Shown here piece by piece: positions 29,508 to 38,309 of a DNA stretch of 58,904 bases; position 1 is the stretch's first letter; the number at the start of each line of letters is the position of its first letter. The notes under the pieces were generated by a model that saw only the letters and a program-made list of their open reading frames with translations, did no database searches and was not told the DNA's origin. Source of the stretch: Vicinamibacterales bacterium (GTDB lineage: Bacteria > Acidobacteriota > Vicinamibacteria > Vicinamibacterales > SCN-69-37); the NCBI GenBank assembly GCA_046598935.1, contig JBKJHW010000071.1, forward strand, positions 1 to 58,904, read 5' to 3'. Both the position numbers and the translations under genes were made by a program.

Positions 29508-30902
29508 TCATCTTGATTTCTCCATGCCCTCCAAGGTGAATTGCTCTTGCCAGGACGCGAGATCTCGCAGCGCACGATCGCTGAGCGCGAGCTGGCGATC
29601 GTGCTTCGATTTGATCGGCGTTTCAAGCGGCGGCATGATGCCGAACGTGATGTTCGTCGGGTCGTAGTGTTTCGGATCCGCGTTCGAGACGTAATACGCC
29701 ATCGATCCCATCGCCGTCGTCCGTGGCGGCGCAACCGGCGCGAGACCGAGCGACATTCGCGCAGCGTTCCGCCCGGCGATCAGCCCTGACGCGGCCGACT
29801 CGACGTAGCCCTCGACGCCCGACACCTGGCCGGCGAAAAAGAGCGACGGGCACGCGCGCGTCTGCCATGTGTCAGCAAGCACCGTCGGACCGTTGATGTA
29901 CGTGTTGCGGTGGATCATGCCCATGCGCACGAACTCCGCATGCTCAAGACCCGGAATCATCTTGAGCACGCGGGCCTGCTCGCCCCACTTCATCTGCGTC
30001 TGAAACCCGACGAGGCTGTAATGATCGCCCGCCAGATTGTCCTGGCGGAGCTGGACGACGGCGTAGGCCCAGCGGCCGGTGCGCGGATCGTCGAGACCAG
30101 CGGGCTTCATCGGTCCGAACCGCAGCGTGTCGACGCCGCGATGCGCCATGACTTCGATAGGGAGGCAGCCCTCGAAGAACTTTGTGTTGTCGAAGTCGTG
30201 ACCTTCTGATTTTTCGGCCGCGACGACCGCCGCATGGAACGCGAGGTACTCCTCTTTGTTCATCGGGCAGTTCAAATAGTCGCCCTCCTGCGCCGGAGCG
30301 CTGTCGTCGTCGGGCTTCGGCGGGGCCTCGCCCGTCCGTTTTAGCGAACGATTCCAGCGGCTCGCGCGGAATACCTTCGTCATGTCGATCGATTCGGCCA
30401 GCACAATGGGGCTGATTGCATCGAAGAAGGCGAGGTGCTCGGCGCCGACAAATTCCTGGATGGAAGCGCTCAGGGCTGATGACGTCAGCGGTCCAGTCGC
30501 GATGATGACCGGTGCTCGCGCGGAGCTCGCGGGGATCGCGGGGACTTCCTCTCTTGAAATCTTGATTCTCTGGTGCGCGCTGATCGCGCTCGTCATCTCT
30601 TCGGCGAACTTCTCGCGGTCAACCGCCAGCGCGGCGCCCGCCGGCACGCGGACTTGATCCGCGGTGCGCATCACGATCGAGCCGAGGCGGCGCATTTCTT
30701 CTTTGAGGAGTCCGACGGCGTTGTCGAGCTTGTCGCCGCGGAAGGAATTGGAGCAGACCAGCTCGGCGAGCTGATCGGTCTTGTGCACGGCAGTCGGCCG
30801 GACCGGCCGCATTTCGTAAAGCGTGACAGACACGCCCATCTCAGCGGCCTGCCAGGCCGCCTCGCAGCCCGCTAAACCACCGCCAACAATTCGAATGGTC
30901 AA
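29508..30902 (-). CDS. trmFO: Methylenetetrahydrofolate--tRNA-(uracil54-C5)-methyltransferase TrmFO
   Basis: MTIRIVGGGLAGCEAAWQ.. FAD motif and GidA-like body. The only possible start is TTG at 30902, immediately after an in-frame stop. Confidence 0.9.
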   Translation of the reverse strand: MTIRIVGGGLAGCEAAWQAAEMGVSVTLYEMRPVRPTAVHKTDQLAELVCSNSFRGDKLDNAVGLLKEEMRRLGSIVMRTADQVRVPAGAALAVDREKFAEEMTSAISAHQRIKISREEVPAIPASSARAPVIIATGPLTSSALSASIQEFVGAEHLAFFDAISPIVLAESIDMTKVFRASRWNRSLKRTGEAPPKPDDDSAPAQEGDYLNCPMNKEEYLAFHAAVVAAEKSEGHDFDNTKFFEGCLPIEVMAHRGVDTLRFGPMKPAGLDDPRTGRWAYAVVQLRQDNLAGDHYSLVGFQTQMKWGEQARVLKMIPGLEHAEFVRMGMIHRNTYINGPTVLADTWQTRACPSLFFAGQVSGVEGYVESAASGLIAGRNAARMSLGLAPVAPPRTTAMGSMAYYVSNADPKHYDPTNITFGIMPPLETPIKSKHDRQLALSDRALRDLASWQEQFTLEGMEKSR

Positions 30903-30960
30903 TGGTCAATGGTCATTGAAGACTCGGCCGTCATTGACCATTGACCACTAGCCATTGACC
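30894..30960. repeat. Inverted heptad arrays (AATGGTC)x3 ... ATTGACC|ATTGACC|ACTAGCC|ATTGACC forming a perfect 16-bp hairpin (30896-30911 / 30932-30947) across the topA stop, trmFO start junction
   Basis: Arms verified as exact reverse complements. The topA TAG (30948-50) lies in the variant heptad and the trmFO TTG (30900-02) lies inside an arm. Confidence 0.8.
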
Positions 30961-33407
30961 ATTTCTTCCACGACCGGAGCGTCTTTAACGAAATCACACT
31001 CCTCGTTGGCGCAGATCAACTGGCGCCCGTGCCGCTTCGTGACCTTCTCTGTAAGGAATGGCCACGTGCACTTCGGGCACGGTTCTTCGATGGGCTTGTT
31101 CCAGAGGGTAAAGTCGCACTTCGGATAGTTCACGCAGCCGTAGAATTCCTTGCCGCGCTTCGACTTGCGCTCGGCGACGTCGCCGCCGTCTTTCGGACAC
31201 TTGATGCCGGTCAGCTTCTGCTTCACGTATCGGCAGTCGGGATACCCGGTGCACGCCGTGAACTCGCCGAAGCGGCCCTGCTTGATCACGAGGTTCTTCT
31301 CGCAGTTCGGGCACTTCTCGTCGAGGATCTGATCCGGCTTCGCGGCCGACACGCCTGTCTTCGACTGGATGATCTTCCGCGTCGTCTTGCACTCGGGATA
31401 CCCCGTGCAGGCCAGGAACATTCCGAAGCGGCCGCGTTTGAGGATCATCGGCTTGCCGCAGTTCTCGCACGCTTCGTCGAGTTCGTTGGTCGCCGGCATG
31501 TTCGGCGTTTCGATTTCTTTCGTGTTGTCGCAATCCGGATAACGGCTGCAGGCGAGGAATATGCCGAACTTGCCGGCCTTCTCGACCATCTCGCCTTCGT
31601 TGCACTTGTCGCACGTGACGCCGGTCGGCTGCCCCTCCTTGAAGTTGGGCATCTCCTTCTCGGCGCGCTTCAGATCTTTCTTGAAATCCTTGTAGAAGTT
31701 CTTGAGCACCGTCGCGTACTTCGTCTTGCCTTTTTCGATGTCGTCGAGCTCTTCCTCCATCTTCGCGGTGTACGCCACATCGAGGATGTCGTCGAACGCC
31801 GGCGTCAACAGTTTTTCGACAAGACGCCGGCCGAGAATCGTCGGCCAGAAGCGGCCCTCGACTTTATTCACATAGTCGCGCGCCTGGAGCACGGAGATGA
31901 TCGACGCGTAGGTGCTCGGGCGGCCGATACCGTTCTCTTCGAGCGCTTTGACGAGCGAGCCTTCGTTGTAACGCGGCGGCGGCTGCGTAAACTTCTGATC
32001 CGGCCGGATGTCCTTGACGTCGAGCTTCTGTCCTTCGGTCATCGCCGGCAGCAGCCCGCTCGTCGAGTCGTCGTCGCCTTCCGCCGATTGCGCGACGGCG
32101 AGGTTCGGCGTCGCCTTCTCAGTGCGTTCGGTTTCTTCGACTTCGCCGGCCGTCTGGTCGTACACCGCGAGCCAGCCCGCAAACTTCGGCACGGAGCCCT
32201 TCGCGCGAAAGAGATAGTCGTTCGCCGTGATGTCGACCGACGTGTCGTCGAAGAGCGCCGGCATCATCTGCGACGCGACGAAGCGATTCCAGATCAGGCG
32301 ATAGAGGTAGAACTGATCGGGCGACAGCTGCGCGCGAACTGATTCTGGCGTGTAGTTCATCGACGTCGGACGGATCGCTTCGTGCGCGTCCTGCGCCGAG
32401 GTCTTCACCTTGTACCTGTTCGCTTCAGCCGGGAGATACGGCGTGCCGTAGGTGTCGCCGATGAACTCGCGCGCTTCGTCGAGCGCCTGATCGGCGATAC
32501 GCACCGAGTCGGTTCGCATGTAGGTGATCAAACCGACGGCGGCTTCCTCGCCCGGCAGTTCGATGCCCTCATACAGCTGCTGCGCGATCATCATCGTCTT
32601 CTTCACAGGGAAGCGGGATGCCTGCTGCAGTTTGCTCGTGATGAACGGCGGGGCCGACGTTTTCTTGCGTTCCTTCTGCGTGATCGACGCCACGGTGAAG
32701 GTCGCCGATTTCAGATCGGCGAGCACCGCGCCCGCTTCCGCTTCGTTCGAAATCTTCGCGGCGTCCTTGCCCTTGCGAACGAGCTTCGCGTCGAACTCGG
32801 GCGGAAGCCCGGCGGCGAGCCGCGCGGTGACGTGCCAGTACTCTTCGGGTGTGAACGCGTCTATTTCGCGTTCTCTGTCACAAATAATTTTCAGCGCGAC
32901 GGACTGCACGCGGCCGGCGCTGAGCCCGCGGCGGACTTTGTCCCAGAGAATCGGGCTGATCTTGTAACCGACGAGACGATCGAGCACGCGGCGCGCCTGC
33001 TGCGCGTCGACCATGTCCATGTCGATCTCGCCTGGTTTCTTGACGGCTTCGAGAATCGCCTTCTTGGTGATCTCGTTGAACATCAGCCGGCGGACTTTTT
33101 TCTTTTTCGTCCCGAGCTCTTCGGCCAAATGCCAGCCGATCGCCTCGCCTTCACGGTCAGGGTCGGTGGCGACGAAGATTTCGTCGGCCGACTTCGCCGC
33201 GTCCCGCAGCTCCTTGATGACCTTGGCCCGGTCCGGAATGATCACGTAGTCGGGCTTGAAGTCGTCGTCCACGTCGACGCCCAGCTTGCTCTTGGGCAGA
33301 TCGCGGACATGACCCATCGAGGCGATGACCTTGAAGTCGCGCCCCAGATATTTGTTGATAGTTTTCGCTTTCGCAGGTGATTCGACGATCACCAGAGCTT
33401 TTGACAT
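30948..33407 (-). CDS. topA: DNA topoisomerase I (type IA) with multiple C-terminal Cys4 zinc ribbons
   Basis: MSKALVIVESPAKAKTINKYLG.. TOPRIM, active-site region ITYMRTDS, four CxxC..CxxC repeats. Confidence 0.95.
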   Translation of the reverse strand: MSKALVIVESPAKAKTINKYLGRDFKVIASMGHVRDLPKSKLGVDVDDDFKPDYVIIPDRAKVIKELRDAAKSADEIFVATDPDREGEAIGWHLAEELGTKKKKVRRLMFNEITKKAILEAVKKPGEIDMDMVDAQQARRVLDRLVGYKISPILWDKVRRGLSAGRVQSVALKIICDREREIDAFTPEEYWHVTARLAAGLPPEFDAKLVRKGKDAAKISNEAEAGAVLADLKSATFTVASITQKERKKTSAPPFITSKLQQASRFPVKKTMMIAQQLYEGIELPGEEAAVGLITYMRTDSVRIADQALDEAREFIGDTYGTPYLPAEANRYKVKTSAQDAHEAIRPTSMNYTPESVRAQLSPDQFYLYRLIWNRFVASQMMPALFDDTSVDITANDYLFRAKGSVPKFAGWLAVYDQTAGEVEETERTEKATPNLAVAQSAEGDDDSTSGLLPAMTEGQKLDVKDIRPDQKFTQPPPRYNEGSLVKALEENGIGRPSTYASIISVLQARDYVNKVEGRFWPTILGRRLVEKLLTPAFDDILDVAYTAKMEEELDDIEKGKTKYATVLKNFYKDFKKDLKRAEKEMPNFKEGQPTGVTCDKCNEGEMVEKAGKFGIFLACSRYPDCDNTKEIETPNMPATNELDEACENCGKPMILKRGRFGMFLACTGYPECKTTRKIIQSKTGVSAAKPDQILDEKCPNCEKNLVIKQGRFGEFTACTGYPDCRYVKQKLTGIKCPKDGGDVAERKSKRGKEFYGCVNYPKCDFTLWNKPIEEPCPKCTWPFLTEKVTKRHGRQLICANEECDFVKDAPVVEEMVNG

Positions 33408-33461
33408 AAATGATGTGGTTCCTTTTTTACACTAGCACCCGGGCGAGAGCCGCCCGCCTTC

Positions 33462-34541
33462 TTACCGTCTGACCAGCTTGGTCCAGCCGCCGGGTGACCG
33501 TTTGACCGTACCACCCAGCTCCATCGCCGCCAATCCTGACAACAACCGGCTAACATTCCACCCAGTCAGCCCAGCTAGGGTATCGGCATCATAAGTCTCT
33601 CCGATAGCCATATGCCTGGATAACTCGTTTTCACTCACCGACTTATCCGCACCCAACTCATCAACTTCACGCTTATCAATCTCGCAATTCACGCCGAGTT
33701 CTCCCAGGACGTCCTCGATTGACTCCACCAGACGCGCACCGTCCTTGATCAGCGCGTGACCGCCCTTGTTACGCCCCGAAAGAACGTTCCCTGGCACAAC
33801 CAGGACATCACGGCCTTGCTCCATCGCCATTTTCGCGGTGATCAACGACCCGCTCCGCTCGCCGGCCTCGATCACGATCACCGCCCGTGACAGCCCGGAG
33901 ATGATGCGATTTCGCAGCGGAAAGTGATGCGACTGCGGCGAGGTGCCCGGCGGAAACTCCGAGATCACCCCTCCAGACGCCGCAATCCTCGTCGCAAGAT
34001 CCCGGTGTTCGGCGGGATAAACGATGTCGGGTCCGCAGCCGAGCACGGCGATGGTGAGGCCGCCGGCTGCGAGCGCGCCTTCGTGGGAGGCCCCGTCGAC
34101 GCCTCGAGCCAGCCCGCTCACGACCGTCAGACCGGCGGCCGCCAGCCCCTCCCCGAGCGCCCGGCCCATTTGAAGACCCGCCGGAGTGGCCTGCCGCGAT
34201 CCGATCACCGCCACGGCCGGCCGGTCGATGGGCGGGATTCTGCCCCTCACCCATAAAACGCTGGGAGGATCCACGATCGCGGCAAGCCAGGGCGAGTAGC
34301 GTTCGTCGCCGAGCGCGATCGCCTTGAGCCCGAGCCGCGCAGCGTCAGCCAGCGCGTTCGCCGCGCGAGCGCGCGCCTGAGCCACGAGCTCGGCCGGCTC
34401 CGCGCCCAACCCGACCAGCCGCGTGGCGACCTCCTCGAGATCAAGCAGTTCCCGTTCAAGCAGCAGCTTGAACAGCCGGGCAGGCTCCGTGTCGCCCGGC
34501 GGTCGAAACATCTGCGCGGCCGCCGCATCCAGAACATCCAT
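33462..34541 (-). CDS. dprA: DNA-processing protein DprA (Smf)
   Basis: Rossmann-like core ..VVSGLARGVDGASHEGAL..GGLTIAVLG.G.D..YP..N..L. Start set at MDVLDAAAAQ (34541) rather than track 34691. Confidence 0.85.
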   Translation of the reverse strand: MDVLDAAAAQMFRPPGDTEPARLFKLLLERELLDLEEVATRLVGLGAEPAELVAQARARAANALADAARLGLKAIALGDERYSPWLAAIVDPPSVLWVRGRIPPIDRPAVAVIGSRQATPAGLQMGRALGEGLAAAGLTVVSGLARGVDGASHEGALAAGGLTIAVLGCGPDIVYPAEHRDLATRIAASGGVISEFPPGTSPQSHHFPLRNRIISGLSRAVIVIEAGERSGSLITAKMAMEQGRDVLVVPGNVLSGRNKGGHALIKDGARLVESIEDVLGELGVNCEIDKREVDELGADKSVSENELSRHMAIGETYDADTLAGLTGWNVSRLLSGLAAMELGGTVKRSPGGWTKLVRR

Positions 34542-34623
34542 CGGAGGGGCTACATTGCATCCGCCATGCCACAGTGCGCCCCGGGAGTGTCGCTGAAAGG
34601 TGGCGAATACCGCAACACTCGTA

Positions 34624-34639
34624 CGGCAGGACCTTTGCA
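34624..34639 (+). promoter_or_regulatory. Weaker sigma-54-like element CGGCAGG-ACCT-TTGCA upstream of the TPR/lipoprotein pair
   Basis: GG (34625-26) and GC (34637-38) are in the correct register. However, the TTGCA is part of a 12-nt direct repeat, so the match may be coincidental. Confidence 0.3.
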
Positions 34640-34688
34640 GATTCTGCAATTGTCGATTCACTTTGCAGATTCCCCGATTCCCACATTC
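34633..34688 (+). repeat. Direct repeat CTTTGCAGATTC at 34633 and 34661 (28-nt period) within a 7-nt-periodic GATTC-rich tract
   Basis: Read directly from the dprA / TPR-gene divergent intergenic region. Confidence 0.7.
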
Positions 34689-34721
34689 CACATATGGGTT
34701 CCGGCGTTATAGTGAGGCCAA

Positions 34722-35075
34722 ATGAGAGCACGGACGTTACCGCTTGTGCTCCTCGCATTGCTCGTCTCGGTGCCGCTTTATGCCGACCGACGATCGGATG
34801 CGAAGGAGCAGGTCGAGTTCGGCATTTCGGTGGCGAACAAAGGCCTGTGGATTGAAGCCACCTCGCGCTGGGAGAAGGCGATCGAAATCGATCCAACCTA
34901 CGCCGCGGCGTGGAACAACCTCGGGATCGCGTACGAACAGCAGGGCAAGTTCGAAGAGGCCAACAAGTCCTACAACAAGGCCATCCAGCTTGACCCGAAC
35001 AACCAGCTCATCCGCCAGAACTACGACCTCTTCAGGGAGATTTATGACCGCACGAAGCGCCGCCGCGATCGCTAG
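34722..35075 (+). CDS. Small secreted tetratricopeptide-repeat protein
   Basis: Signal peptide; W..A..IDP.YA.AWNNLG.AY..QGK..EA...Y.KA..LDPNN TPR signature. Confidence 0.7.
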   Translation: MRARTLPLVLLALLVSVPLYADRRSDAKEQVEFGISVANKGLWIEATSRWEKAIEIDPTYAAAWNNLGIAYEQQGKFEEANKSYNKAIQLDPNNQLIRQNYDLFREIYDRTKRRRDR

Positions 35076-35808
35076 CCTGTCGCTCGCATTGGCCGTTTCG
35101 GCGGCGTGCACGAGTTTCTACGACATCAACATCGAGACGCCGATCCAGGCGAAGCTCGACACCACGCCGTTTCAGCGCGTGCTCATCCTTGGATTTATCT
35201 CGGGTGGCTCAAAGGACGTGGACGTCAACAGCGAAACCGTGCGGTTGCTTCGCAGCCAGCTGCGGACGAAATCCAGCCTCAAAGTCATCGACAGCGACGT
35301 CGTCTCCCTGATCGACGTCGTCGACAAACTCAAAGCGAACACGGGCACGCCCGCGGTCGCCGGCGCCAAGGACGAAGTGAAGTCCGAGAAGGATCTGGAA
35401 TCCTACGACTCGATCTTCGCGGACGTCGCTTATTGGAAGAAGCTCGGCGAGGAATACCAGAATCCGCTCATCGTGACGGGTGTCGTCTACTTCACGGACA
35501 TCAACAAGAGCGGCATCGTGGAGCGCCCGCAAGAGGTCTACGACCAGCTCGGCAAACGGACCGTCGTTTCGGTCCGCCAGTGGATGGACCGCAAGGGCTT
35601 CGCCATCGCCCCTAAATTTGTCTTCATCGACGGCCGGACCGGCACCCAGCTCTACACGGACTCTTACCGTGAAGAGACCCTCTATTCATCGACCCAGAAC
35701 ACCCCGGCCCTGTCCTCGTATTTCGAGCTCATGGACCGCCTGGTGCCCGGGTTCCTGAACACCCTGAGCACCCAGAAGATCAAAAGCACCCGGGTTTTGC
35801 TGAAATAG
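35044..35808 (+). CDS. Lipoprotein, function unknown
   Basis: Real start MTARSAAAIASLSLALAVSAAC (lipobox) inside track ORF 34744..35808. Overlaps the TPR gene by 32 nt. Confidence 0.5.
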   Translation: MTARSAAAIASLSLALAVSAACTSFYDINIETPIQAKLDTTPFQRVLILGFISGGSKDVDVNSETVRLLRSQLRTKSSLKVIDSDVVSLIDVVDKLKANTGTPAVAGAKDEVKSEKDLESYDSIFADVAYWKKLGEEYQNPLIVTGVVYFTDINKSGIVERPQEVYDQLGKRTVVSVRQWMDRKGFAIAPKFVFIDGRTGTQLYTDSYREETLYSSTQNTPALSSYFELMDRLVPGFLNTLSTQKIKSTRVLLK

Positions 35809-35892
35809 CCCGTACTCTGATAGCCTTGATGGTTCTGGCCCTTCGCGGAGACCCCTCCGTGTCGCTGGCCGGGCCATTAAGGGAGTTTGAAG

Positions 35893-36207
35893 ATGTTCGC
35901 CATTGTCCAGGCCGGGGGCCGGCAAGAAAAAGTTGTTGAAGGCACCGTGGTCGTCGTTGACCGTCTCGAAGCCGAGGCCGGTGATGCCTACACGTTCGAA
36001 CAGGTCCTGCTGATCGAAGGAGCGGACGGCGCGGTTTCGACCGGCGCCCCGTTTCTCAAAGGCGCGACCGTCACGGGCGTTGTCGAGAAGCAGACCAAAG
36101 CCAAGAAGATCCGTGTCTTCAAGACCAAGCGCCGCAAGGGCTTCAAGAAGACGCAGGGTCACCGGACGCAGCAGACGCGCGTCAAGGTGACGTCAATCAA
36201 CGCGTAG
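35893..36207 (+). CDS. rplU: 50S ribosomal protein L21
   Basis: MFAIVQAGGRQEKV... ATG at 35893 has AAGGGAG upstream; the track start at 35887 is TTG. Confidence 0.95.
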   Translation: MFAIVQAGGRQEKVVEGTVVVVDRLEAEAGDAYTFEQVLLIEGADGAVSTGAPFLKGATVTGVVEKQTKAKKIRVFKTKRRKGFKKTQGHRTQQTRVKVTSINA

Positions 36208-36261
36208 CCGATGGCCGGTAACCGATCCTTCAATAATCAATAACCAGATAGCGAGATAGAA
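36205..36261 (+). repeat. 57-nt element filling the rplU-rpmA spacer (TAGCCGATGGCCGGTAACC GATCCTTCAATA ATCA ATAACCAG ATAGCGA GATAGAA), homologous to 47386..47435 (minus strand)
   Basis: Hand alignment shares the blocks TAGCCGAT, GCC, GATCCTTCAATA, ATAACCAG, TA and GATAGAA in the same order and orientation relative to the downstream gene. Confidence 0.7.
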
Positions 36262-36525
36262 ATGGCTACTAAAAAAGGACAGGGCTCATCACGAAACGGC
36301 CGCGATTCCCAGTCGCAGCGTCTCGGCACGAAGGCGCACGACGGCAACCCGGTCACCGGCGGAACGATCATCGTCCGTCAGCGCGGCCGCCGGTTCGAAC
36401 CGGGCCTGAACGCCGGCATGGGCAAAGATCACACGATCTTCGCGAAGGTGGACGGCGTAGTGAAGTTCTCGAACCACGGCGCGCACGGCCGCAAGATCAG
36501 CATTATTCCCGCCGCAAAGAACTAG
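36262..36525 (+). CDS. rpmA: 50S ribosomal protein L27
   Basis: [34 protein letters not shown]. Confidence 0.95.
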   Translation: MATKKGQGSSRNGRDSQSQRLGTKAHDGNPVTGGTIIVRQRGRRFEPGLNAGMGKDHTIFAKVDGVVKFSNHGAHGRKISIIPAAKN

Positions 36526-36528
36526 CAA

Positions 36529-37677
36529 TTGTTTGTCGATGAAGCTGACGTAAAAGTGCTCGCCGGGGACGGCGGGAACGGGTGCGTCAGCTTTCGCCGT
36601 GAGAAGTGGGTGCCGCGCGGCGGCCCGAACGGCGGCAATGGCGGGCACGGCGGCTCCATCTATCTCCGCGCGAGCGACCACCACAACACCCTCGTTGCAT
36701 TCCGATTCAATCCAGAGTTCAAAGCCGAGCGCGGCGAGCACGGCATGGGCTCGGACTGCACCGGCCGCGACGGCCACGACCTCATCATGGACGTACCGCC
36801 GGGGACGACGGTCTACGAGCACACGGAAGATGGATTTCTCCCGCTGGCCGACCTGACCGAGCCGGGCCAGCAGGTTCTGATCGCGCGCGGCGGCCGCGGT
36901 GGCCGCGGCAACGCGGCGTTTCTCTCCAACTCAAATCGCGCGCCTCGTCGCGCGGACCCGGGCGAGGCCGGCGAACAGCGCATGCTCCGCATGCAACTGA
37001 AGCTGCTCGCCGACGTCGGCCTGGTCGGCTATCCGAACGCGGGCAAGTCGACGCTCATCTCGCGCATCTCGGCGGCGAAGCCGAAGATCGCCGACTACCC
37101 GTTCACGACGCTGTCGCCAAATCTCGGCGTCGTGCACATGTCCGAGGACCGCAGCTTCGTCGTCGCCGACGTGCCCGGTCTCATCGAAGGCGCGCATTCG
37201 GGCATCGGCCTGGGCACGAAGTTTCTCGCGCATCTCGAACGCACGAAGGTGCTCGCGCACATTGTCGACGTGTCCTCCTCGACGGGTCGCGACACTGTGG
37301 ATGACTTCAACGTCATCACACGTGAGCTGGAGCTTTTCGAAGGCAGCGGCGATGAGACGGCCGCAAAGCTCTCGACCAAGCCGCGCATCGTCGTTGCGAA
37401 CAAGATCGACTCGCTCGACGAGCCGGAGCGGCTCGCCAGGCTGAAGAAGCGCATGGCGCAGTTGAAAGTGCCGGTCTACGAGATTTCCGCGGCGACCGGC
37501 CAGGGCATCCCGGAACTACTCGAAGCGCTCTGGAAGAAAGTGAGCGCCGTGCGCGAAGAAATCCTGGCGCCGGCAAAGGCGAAGAAGAAGGCGGCTGTCT
37601 CAAAGACGCCTGTGGCCAAGAAGAAGCCGCTCGCCAAGAAGAAGCCGGTCAAGGCGAAGAAGAAAGCCCGCAGATGA
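36529..37677 (+). CDS. obg: GTPase Obg/CgtA with Lys-rich C-terminal tail
   Basis: MFVDEADVKV.AGDGGNGCVSFRREK.., G1 GYPNAGKST. TTG start. Confidence 0.95.
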   Translation: MFVDEADVKVLAGDGGNGCVSFRREKWVPRGGPNGGNGGHGGSIYLRASDHHNTLVAFRFNPEFKAERGEHGMGSDCTGRDGHDLIMDVPPGTTVYEHTEDGFLPLADLTEPGQQVLIARGGRGGRGNAAFLSNSNRAPRRADPGEAGEQRMLRMQLKLLADVGLVGYPNAGKSTLISRISAAKPKIADYPFTTLSPNLGVVHMSEDRSFVVADVPGLIEGAHSGIGLGTKFLAHLERTKVLAHIVDVSSSTGRDTVDDFNVITRELELFEGSGDETAAKLSTKPRIVVANKIDSLDEPERLARLKKRMAQLKVPVYEISAATGQGIPELLEALWKKVSAVREEILAPAKAKKKAAVSKTPVAKKKPLAKKKPVKAKKKARR

Positions 37678-38279
37678 CCGGTCTTCTGGGCGGGACTTTT
37701 GATCCCGTTCATCTCGGACATCTCGATGTGGCTCGTGCTGCGCTTCAGGCGCTTCCGCTCGACCGCATTTTCTTCATTCCGTCGAACATTCCGCCACATC
37801 GCGCCCTTCCTTGTGCGAGCGCTGCGGATCGGCTGGCGATGGTGAAGCTGGCGATCCAGGACGAACCGAAGTTCGAAGCGTCAACCATTGAGCTCGACAA
37901 CGACGGCCCGTCGTACACGGCCGTGACGATCGATCGATTTCTTGCGATGGGCTACGCCAAGACCGATCTCTGCTTCATCGCCGGGGCCGACGCTTTTGCG
38001 AGCGTATCGACCTGGCACGACTACCCAGCTTTGCTCGACCGTTGCCGGTTCGCTGTGGTCTCGCGTCCCGGGTTTCCTGCGTCGGCGGTGCCTCAGCAAA
38101 TACCTGCGTTTGCCGAGCACATGACTGATATCTTTTTGATTCACGCGCCAACCGCGCCGGTGTCGTCCACCGACGTGCGCGCGTGCATTGACCGCGGAGC
38201 GCCGCTTGTCGGCCTGGTGCCGGACGTTGTGGCCGGCTACATCGACGCTCAAGGACTTTATGGTCGTGGGTCGGTTTGA
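37674..38279 (+). CDS. nadD: Nicotinate-nucleotide adenylyltransferase
   Basis: GGTFDPVHLGHL motif. ATGA overlap with obg. Confidence 0.9.
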   Translation: MTGLLGGTFDPVHLGHLDVARAALQALPLDRIFFIPSNIPPHRALPCASAADRLAMVKLAIQDEPKFEASTIELDNDGPSYTAVTIDRFLAMGYAKTDLCFIAGADAFASVSTWHDYPALLDRCRFAVVSRPGFPASAVPQQIPAFAEHMTDIFLIHAPTAPVSSTDVRACIDRGAPLVGLVPDVVAGYIDAQGLYGRGSV

Positions 38280-38309
38280 CCCACGACCAGCTTTACACAA
38301 CGGAGGCTC

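Noticed and set aside
30894-30960. Heptad arrays as a possible CRISPR array or minisatellite locus.
   Set aside because: The units are 7 nt and contiguous with no spacers, at most 4 copies are present, and there are no cas genes. These are micro-repeats, not CRISPR.
33540-33700. Lower-GC patch in the 3' part of dprA as a possible recombination scar.
   Set aside because: The reading frame is intact and encodes a plausible DprA C-terminal winged-helix-like domain. The only cross-match I found (CGACTTATCC, also at 44408) is a 10-mer, which is compatible with chance.
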